DNA of 55,437 nucleotides from Candidatus Binatia bacterium (lineage in GTDB: Bacteria; Desulfobacterota; Binatia; Bin18): NCBI GenBank assembly GCA_963666315.2, contig CAXXHG010000033.1, forward strand, positions 1 through 55,437, in the 5' to 3' direction. The translations under genes and the position numbers were made by a program. The notes under the pieces are model-generated. The model searched no databases. It was not told the DNA's origin and saw nothing but the letters and a program-made list of their open reading frames with translations. Below, piece after piece: positions 48,649 through 55,437 of this stretch. Each line of letters begins with the position of its first letter. The first letter of the stretch is position 1.

Positions 48649-49797
48649 ATGGCAGCTCGTTCCTTACGGATTGGGATTGATGCGCGCGTGCTGGCAGAGC
48701 CGGCGCCTATGGGCGTGGCGCGTTACCTGGCCGCCCTGCTCCGTACCCTGGCGGAACTCGCTCCGCAGCACGACTATATTTTATATCTGTGTCGGAGGCT
48801 GTTGCCTGCAGTTCCTTTTGAGAAAAAGCCGTTTTGTCAGCGTGTTCTTGGCCACAACCTTATCACCGCAAGTCCGCTCGTGTGGCAGCAGTGTGTCCTG
48901 CCGTGGGCCGTGCGGAAAGATAAAATCGATGTACTTTTTTCACCGTATTACTGTGGTCCACTTTTGACTTCTGTCCCTCATATTGTGTGTCTGCATGACA
49001 TTTCTTTCGCTCTTTTCCCCCAGGATTTTCCGTCCTGGATACACTTTAAACCAAAACTCTTTGCGTATCCCTCAAGTCGCCGGGCAGCACAGGTGATTAC
49101 CATATCTGAATTTTCTCGACAAGAAATCTTGCGGGTGTATGGATTACGGCAAGAAAAGGTTCAGGTGGTTTCCCCAGGGTCGGAGCGCTCAGACAGGCAG
49201 GGGGAACGGCTACAGGCCGGAGGGCCGTATCACCACATACAAGCGCCCTTTTTCCTGTTCGTAGGGAGTTTGCTGCCTCGACGCCAGGTAAAGTGTGTGC
49301 TCCAAGCACTCTCGAAGCTGTCGTCAGAATATCACTTTGTCGTGGTGGGAGAGCGTGATGCACAACGACAAAGGACGCTTCAGGAGTACGCACAAACATG
49401 GAAGGTTGCCGACCGAGTGCAAATTCTCGGGTATGTATCAGATGAAAATCTCGACGATTTGTACCAACGAACATGTGCACTGATCTCGCCATCGACATAT
49501 GAAGGGTTTGGGCTGCCGGTTCTCGAGGCCATGACCCGCGGTGTTCCGGTGATTGTCTGGGATATTCCCATTATGCGAGAAGTGGTGGGGGAGGCGGGCA
49601 TACTCATCCAGAGTGGCGATGTCGCTACCCTTGCCAGCGCGATGTCTAAGATCGCAACGGATGAGAAGCACAGAGAGACGCTGCATCAGAGGGGCAAAGC
49701 CCAGGCTCAGAAATTTTCCTGGCAGCGATCTGCGTCCGATTTCCTAAAAATTGTGCATGGGACAGTGCTGGAGGCGCAGAAAATATCCCGGAGATAA
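48649..49797 (+). CDS. GT4-family glycosyltransferase
   Basis: RIGIDAR, HDISF, ISEFSRQEI, PSTYEGFGLPVLEAM. Confidence 0.93.
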   Translation: MAARSLRIGIDARVLAEPAPMGVARYLAALLRTLAELAPQHDYILYLCRRLLPAVPFEKKPFCQRVLGHNLITASPLVWQQCVLPWAVRKDKIDVLFSPYYCGPLLTSVPHIVCLHDISFALFPQDFPSWIHFKPKLFAYPSSRRAAQVITISEFSRQEILRVYGLRQEKVQVVSPGSERSDRQGERLQAGGPYHHIQAPFFLFVGSLLPRRQVKCVLQALSKLSSEYHFVVVGERDAQRQRTLQEYAQTWKVADRVQILGYVSDENLDDLYQRTCALISPSTYEGFGLPVLEAMTRGVPVIVWDIPIMREVVGEAGILIQSGDVATLASAMSKIATDEKHRETLHQRGKAQAQKFSWQRSASDFLKIVHGTVLEAQKISRR

Positions 49798-49938
49798 GGA
49801 CCAAAGCTCTTCCTGAGCAGTCTCGTGTCAAAAGTGGTGAGTCGCCTCCGTCTTGCCTTCCGCCTGCCGAAGATCCTCAACCGCAGCAGAAGAGAATATA
49901 GCAGTGTTGTGTTTTGCTTGCTGCTGAGAATGCAGAAC

Positions 49939-50004
49939 AAAACTGTCTGGAGCACGTTGTCAGCGCCTTGGCCTCTCCCCCCTGGATCCCCTCCACGGGA
50001 ATGA
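49939..50004. repeat. Dispersed repeat with REP-like end (copy 2)
   Basis: 21-bp identity ctggagcacgttgtcagcgcc with 12631-12651, plus a similar ctggatccc..ccacgggaa tail. Confidence 0.75.
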
Positions 50005-50229
50005 ACTTGCTGCGCTTGTGAAACGGATGACGAACAGTCCGTCTGAGATACGCTATATTCCCTATGACGAGGCATATGAAGAAGGCTTTGAGGATATGGC
50101 GCGACGGGTTCCTGACCTCAGAAGAATCCGTGCTTTGTCCGTGCTTTGATTGATTATAGGCCGACCCGGAGCCTGCGCATTATCGTGCAGGATGTGATTG
50201 ATTATTTCCAGCATGCAGAATCTCTCTGA
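50000..50229 (+). pseudogene. C-terminal remnant of an NAD-dependent nucleotide-sugar epimerase/dehydratase
   Basis: NELAALVKRMTNSPSEIRYIPYDEAYEEGFEDMARRVPDL..IRAL, then an 11-bp duplication (50127-50148), then IDYRPTRSL..DVIDYF. Confidence 0.75.
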
Positions 50230-51906
50230 CTGGAGCCACCTCCTTCTTGCGCCGACCACAGTGTTTCTCCTGTCCGTTCTTCTCGTTCCTGTAGTCCGCC
50301 GCATTGCAACGCGGTCTGGCTATGTTTCGCTTCCGACACAGGAGCGCTGGCGCCAGCAACCTATCCCCTACCTCGGCGGCATCGCATTTTTTCTTGGCTT
50401 CCTGGTTTCAGCGCTCCTGTGGGGATTTTCCTTTACGCGTTCTGCCCCGCTCCTTGTCATCTCTTTTTTTGCACTTATCCTTGGCCTGTATGATGACTTT
50501 CGTCGTATCAATCCTGCGATGAAGCTTGTTGGCCAAATTATTGTAGCGGCCATGGCTATTCTTTAAATTTTTTCCCTGCCGCTCTTTTGGACACTCTGCT
50601 CACGATTTTGTGGATCGTTGGGCTCACGAATACCCTCAATCTTCTTGACAATATGGATGGGCTCGCCGGCGGAATCGGATTGATTGCCGCGCTCTTCCTC
50701 GCTTTTCTCTTTTATCAGCAGGGAGACTCGCCGGGTGCTCTTATTGCCCTTTCATTGGCAGGGGCTCTTGGCGGGTTCCTGATCTTCAACTTTTATCCGG
50801 CTTCGATTTTTATGGGAGATGGGGGAGCCTGTTTCTTGGATCGCTGCTCAGCCTTCTGGCCATAGAAGCCCATGGCCAGGCCTCGAACATCCTTTCTCTT
50901 GTGGCTGTCCCACCGCTCATTTTACTTGTTCCTATCCAGAACACCATGCTTGTGTCCTTAACCCGCATGGTGCGCGGACAATCTGTCACTCAGGGGGGGA
51001 AAGATCATTCTTCTCATCGTCTTGTCGTCTTAGGCCCGACCGAGCCTAAGGCAGTGACCCTCTTATATGGTATTGCGGTAATCTCTGGTGTCACTGCTCT
51101 TCTCATCGAACAGGCCTCGTATACTCTCAGCCTGACTTTGCTCCCATTTGTGATTATTTCGTTCTCCCTTTTTGCCGCCTACTCGGCGCAGATTGAGATT
51201 ATATCGCCGGCGGAAGGTAAGAAAAAAATCCGAGAAGGTGGGTTCACAACACTCTTGGATTCTTTTACTTACAAACGGCGTTTGTTCGAGGTCCTGCTCG
51301 ACTTTTTTCTTATTACCTTTGCTTATTATCTGGCTTTCACGCTCACGTATGAGTTTGATCTAGACGAACGAAATTCGAGGCAATACTTAACGTCCCTTCC
51401 TCTTGTCCTGATTGGTACGTATAACAGTTTTTCTACACTGGAATTTACCGTACGGTATGGCGCTATACGGGATTGTACGATCTTTTCCGGCTTGCAAAAG
51501 GAGCCGCAGGAGCGGCATTTCTGTCTGTACTGATTCGTCTCCTCTTGTATCTATTCATAGGATATTCCCGCGTGGTGTTTGTCCTCTACCCTCTACTCTT
51601 GTTTTTAGGGATGGCGGGGATATCGTGGTCACGGAATGTCGCCGGAATGCGCATCTTCACTACCAGCCTATCGGCTTCTTGGATGATGATCCTAGGAAGA
51701 AGGGCAGATTGATTCACGGGATTCCCGTTGTTGGGGGAAGAGCGCAGCTGTCTGAGACCATCGGCCGAAACCAGGTTGAGGGAATGATCATTTCTTCTAT
51801 GAGCATCGCAACGAACGGAAATACAGAAAAGGTTCGCGCTGTGTGTAGAGAGCATGGTATCTGGGTGAGGCAGCTCCGATTAGAATTCACAGAAGAGACG
51901 GACTAA
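50213..51906 (+). pseudogene. WecA/MraY-like polyprenyl-phosphate sugar-1-P transferase with C-terminal Rossmann-like domain, multiply frameshifted
   Basis: PYLGG, GLYDD, NLLDNMDGLAGG, FNFYPASIFMGD, KDHSSHRL, PIGFLDDDPRK spread over five ORFs. Confidence 0.85.
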
Positions 51907-53471
51907 CCGGTCGGGATTTTCTCTCTGGGGACAGCCAGGTGTGGGAAGTAGGAAGAGAGCCAAAAGATAAAGATCCAAAACGTGAGGAGAATTGCTAGAT
52001 TTTCAGCCGGAATATTAAACACGGAGGCTAGACCAAATCCTACCAGGATACTCTTCAGTAAGGATACCGACAACGATAAACTGCCCTCGGGAGAGACCAG
52101 TAAGACGGTACGGATAAAAACAATAATCCATAGCACCCAAGCCAGAATACCCAAGAGACCAAGCTCCGCAACCTGTTCTAAATACCAATTGTACGCGCAG
52201 CAATTGAGCCCACAATTATATATCTCACCCGCACTGGCTGCGCGTGGATCACAGGCCACCATCTGAAGGGCGTACTTATGCCCGAGTGTATGAAAACGCC
52301 CGACCCCTATTCCTGCGAAAGAACGCTCTGTTGCTATTTGGATAGCTATTCGGGCGAAAAAGGGTCGATCTCGTAGCTGCGATTCCAACACGGTGGATAA
52401 GGATGCCTCAGAGGATAGGGGCAAATTACCCCATAACCTGGACAATGAACTGTTCATAGGGGACGCGAAAGAGATCCAGACTAGTCCACATGCAAACCCG
52501 AGACTGATGAGGCTCAAAAGTATTCTATTCGGAGACAACGCGGAGAAGAGGGCCTTCCCACCGAACCACAGCAAAACGCCGGCTGTTGGTCCAGCGATCC
52601 AGAGAGCACTCGTTGACCCTGAGAGCAACATACACGACCACGAACCGGCGAGCGTAAAGAGAGCGAGGGGCACAGAGTTCGAGGTCTGCCTCCGCATGAA
52701 CAAGACGACCAGCGCGGGGCCCCACAGTGCCGCTAACACCCCGAGTGCATTGCCATCTATGACAGTGCCACTGGCTCGGCTTATATCCATCCAAGAGGCA
52801 GTCAGAAAACCGTTGTCTATGAAGGATTGATAAAATGCGACAAAAATATTCACGAAAACTCCAATGGCGAGTGGCAGCAGTACCCACTGCATGAAGTCTG
52901 TCCTATGTTTTGTCTGAAAAGTGCAGAAGAGCCAGTCGAGCAAGAGGATGCCGATACTGTGCCTCAGCGCAGCATGTGCAATCCACAATGCAGCGATATG
53001 AGGTGGGATTGCACTGAAGTTAGATGCAGTGGCGCCTGTCAAAAGCGGTGCACTAGGCGGTAAAGCGAAAGTAAAGTCTAGCTCACGCATGAAAATGATG
53101 GGCCACGAAAGAGCAACAAGGACAGCCCAGAAAACAAGTGGCAGCTGCCACTGTTGCGGCAGCTGCCACTGCCTGAGACTGGGGCGTGCCAGAAAGATAG
53201 CCAATAGGCAGGCGCTCACTGGCAGAGAGTGGAAAAACGCCAAGTGATGAAAGAGTAGAAAATACACCCCGCGGAGAATATAGAGTCCCAGCATGACTGC
53301 TGCCATGGCATGGAGGGGAAAACGCCGCGCGATGAACAGCGTACAGATAAAGGCGCCACTACTAAATCCGAGCCCCAGGAGGGGCGTGTTTGTCGCCAAG
53401 AGAGCGTGCGCGATTTCTGCTCCTAGTGCAGAGCTCACGACCAATATTTTTGTTATGGACTGCCAGCGCAT
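51903..53471 (-). CDS. O-antigen ligase/Wzy-like polytopic membrane protein
   Basis: Many TMs; RASGTVIDGNALG, LSGS, AGIGVGRF, YNWYLEQVAELGLLG. Confidence 0.7.
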   Translation of the reverse strand: MRWQSITKILVVSSALGAEIAHALLATNTPLLGLGFSSGAFICTLFIARRFPLHAMAAVMLGLYILRGVYFLLFHHLAFFHSLPVSACLLAIFLARPSLRQWQLPQQWQLPLVFWAVLVALSWPIIFMRELDFTFALPPSAPLLTGATASNFSAIPPHIAALWIAHAALRHSIGILLLDWLFCTFQTKHRTDFMQWVLLPLAIGVFVNIFVAFYQSFIDNGFLTASWMDISRASGTVIDGNALGVLAALWGPALVVLFMRRQTSNSVPLALFTLAGSWSCMLLSGSTSALWIAGPTAGVLLWFGGKALFSALSPNRILLSLISLGFACGLVWISFASPMNSSLSRLWGNLPLSSEASLSTVLESQLRDRPFFARIAIQIATERSFAGIGVGRFHTLGHKYALQMVACDPRAASAGEIYNCGLNCCAYNWYLEQVAELGLLGILAWVLWIIVFIRTVLLVSPEGSLSLSVSLLKSILVGFGLASVFNIPAENLAILLTFWIFIFWLSSYFPHLAVPREKIPTG

Positions 53472-53554
53472 AGTTACGGCTTACTCCCCCCCGGAAGACT
53501 GGCGGCACGCCAACTTTTTGTAAAGCGGGATATACGTCGATTGATCAACCTCTG

Positions 53555-54486
53555 CTACTTTGCGAATATTACATTCTCGAAACCGCCGCCATACCCAAGC
53601 GCCGCAAAGAGTGTGTCAAAGACTTCGATGGGGTATCTGACAAACTTCGATGGGGTATCTGACAAACTTCCCTCTACGCAGGACCCAATAGCTGGGCCAA
53701 AGAGTGCTGATAATCGAAATAAATTTGTCTTGAGTCAGACCTGCTCGGCGGATTCCATACGGCCAAATTTCAGAGACGACTGGTATACCACGAGAGAGGA
53801 GTTCCTGAGCGCGGCGGAAGACGTAGCCCTCATAGCCTTGTACGTCCACCCCTACCAACGTGATATCGTCTTGAAAATTTGGGGAAATACGTTTGAGGAG
53901 AATTGTCCACACTATCAGCCTGGGTGTATATGACCTGCTGGTTGGACTCGCCGTATAATTCATCAGCGTTTCTATCGTCACCGAGGGTACGCACTCTATG
54001 ATCGCCGAAGTTTTCTGGACTCAGTTCAAATGCAACGCTCGTTTCAGTATCCGAAGCCGCATAGGGCAAGCAGGTGACCCGATCAGTGAGTCGATTCTGC
54101 TCTAAATTGCGACTAAGCAGCTGAAGATTGCTCGGTTCCAGCTCAATAGCAGTCGCTTGCTGCACCTCCCCCCTGTTCAGCAGGCTAATTGAAGTGATGC
54201 CTGTATTCGCACCAATATCCAGCAGAGTACCTTTCCCTTTTTCAGGAATCCTCCCCGTCTCTCTCAAGAAGGTCAGTACATGCGACATCAGATCCTGTTC
54301 AAATTCTCCATTCACATACAAGGACCTGCCGATAGGGTCCTCGGCTGCCAAAGACAGAGAAAATATTCCTTGCTGGACAGAAACGGTTACCGTTTTTCTC
54401 AGGCGCCTGTTTATATTCCATAAAGCTTGTCTCCATTCGTAATGGATTTTTTGACGAATCCGATGGAGAAAGTTGATGTAACCCAT
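53555..54486 (-). pseudogene. FkbM-family methyltransferase, frameshifted
   Basis: LDIGANTG, ELEPSNL, VDVQGYEGYVF, EIWPYG. One frameshift near 53900 and a 22-bp duplication at 53622-53665. Confidence 0.82.
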
Positions 54487-54774
54487 AATTGCGAAAGCGC
54501 CGGGTGGGAACTTTAACCTCTAGTCACGGGATGGACCAGTACTCCCTGACCTTTTGGATAAACCGGTCGAGAGGGTCAGTCCCCCGCTTATGCGTGGGTG
54601 AGGCAAATCGACAGGCGATTTTAGTGCCCGTGAAGCACCCCTCTTATTCGGCCAGCTATGGGTGAGCATTTTTCCCCATGACGTCCTCCCCCCATACTGT
54701 AGGCCGTGGTCGAGTTGGCATCTCCATGGAGAACGTTGCGGTCATTGATCTCGAGGAGACGTTTGAGCGCCTCA

Positions 54775-55437
54775 TCAACTGTAATTTACGTGCGTATGGA
54801 GGCGCTCCTCCTGGCACGACCACAACGCGGTTTCTTGCCAAAACCCCCACTTCCTAGCCGTCTCCGTCTTCGGGCTGGTTAATAATGAATAAGCTATCGC
54901 CGGTACGTTCGACAGTTCTTGCCGGGTGCCATTGGGCCATTCGACCTTGAGACTATCAATCCGGTCAGTGTGACCGAGTCCGAAGGTGACCGGCAGCTCG
55001 ACCTGGGACAGAGAGCTGCGCGTCGGCATCACGTGGCGGCGCTGTGTGATACCCCCTGCGGTCAGCTCAATCCAGGCGACAATCGCGAGGCGATTGTCGC
55101 CACGGCCCACCAGCTTCGTCCGTAGCCAGTGATGACCGAGGGCTAGGTCGTTGCGAAACAGCAGCGGCCGAGCGCCGATCTGGGTCAGAATGATATCCAG
55201 GTCGCCGTCCCCGTCAATATCGGCGTACGCAGCCCCGCGCCCAACAATGGGCCGGGCGAGGTCAGCTGTGCGGTCTGTTTCCAGCGGCACAAAGGCTACC
55301 GCACTCTCGGGGCCGGCATTCCAGAATAATTGTGCCGACTGGGGGTAGTGTTGGCTCGGCTGAACGACATTGATGTCCTCCTCAAGATGTCCATTGGTTT
55401 GGAGTAGGTCCAGACGACCGTCCAGGTCAGCATCGAA
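54775..55437 (-). CDS. CRTAC1/ASPIC-UnbV FG-GAP repeat protein (3' part; begins beyond the window)
   Basis: DADLDGRLDL, GRGAAYADIDGDGDLD, LFRND, SSLSQ..FGLG..VEWPNG; frame open to the window edge. Confidence 0.88.
   Translation of the reverse strand, partial: FDADLDGRLDLLQTNGHLEEDINVVQPSQHYPQSAQLFWNAGPESAVAFVPLETDRTADLARPIVGRGAAYADIDGDGDLDIILTQIGARPLLFRNDLALGHHWLRTKLVGRGDNRLAIVAWIELTAGGITQRRHVMPTRSSLSQVELPVTFGLGHTDRIDSLKVEWPNGTRQELSNVPAIAYSLLTSPKTETARKWGFWQETALWSCQEERLHTHVNYS

Overview
A moderately GC-rich bacterial chromosomal segment. Its only clear core gene is glnS; the rest is accessory catabolic and envelope genes. Left to right: (1) a divergent Ner/Cro-like + XRE-repressor pair and an NSS transporter; (2) SnoaL, PNPOx-like and cyclophilin genes; (3) amide/N-heterocycle and aromatic catabolic genes (isochorismatase, cyclic amidohydrolase, cyclase, intradiol dioxygenase, GlcG, hydrolases, hydratase, amidase, SDRs) plus a lipoprotein built from about 10 tandem 39-aa helical repeats; (4) a decayed ~2-kb islet at 16.3-18.7 kb; (5) AKR, an orphan MinD/ParA-like ATPase, SDRs, GNAT, GST and glnS; (6) a mazEF-type TA module whose toxin lost its start codon, pirin, a MITE, and a broken adenylate-cyclase/TPR gene; (7) an AT-rich spacer with a dif-like site; (8) a Gld-type ABC exporter; (9) a hydantoinase/oxoprolinase B-A pair converging on LLM-pxpA-pxpB-pxpC; (10) a partly pseudogenised surface-glycan locus and a partial ASPIC/UnbV gene. 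I found no rRNA, complete tRNA, CRISPR array, integrase or transposase. Many genes are broken by nonsense changes, deletions or short tandem duplications; some single-base indels may be sequencing errors. All family calls come from motif recognition by eye, without database searches.
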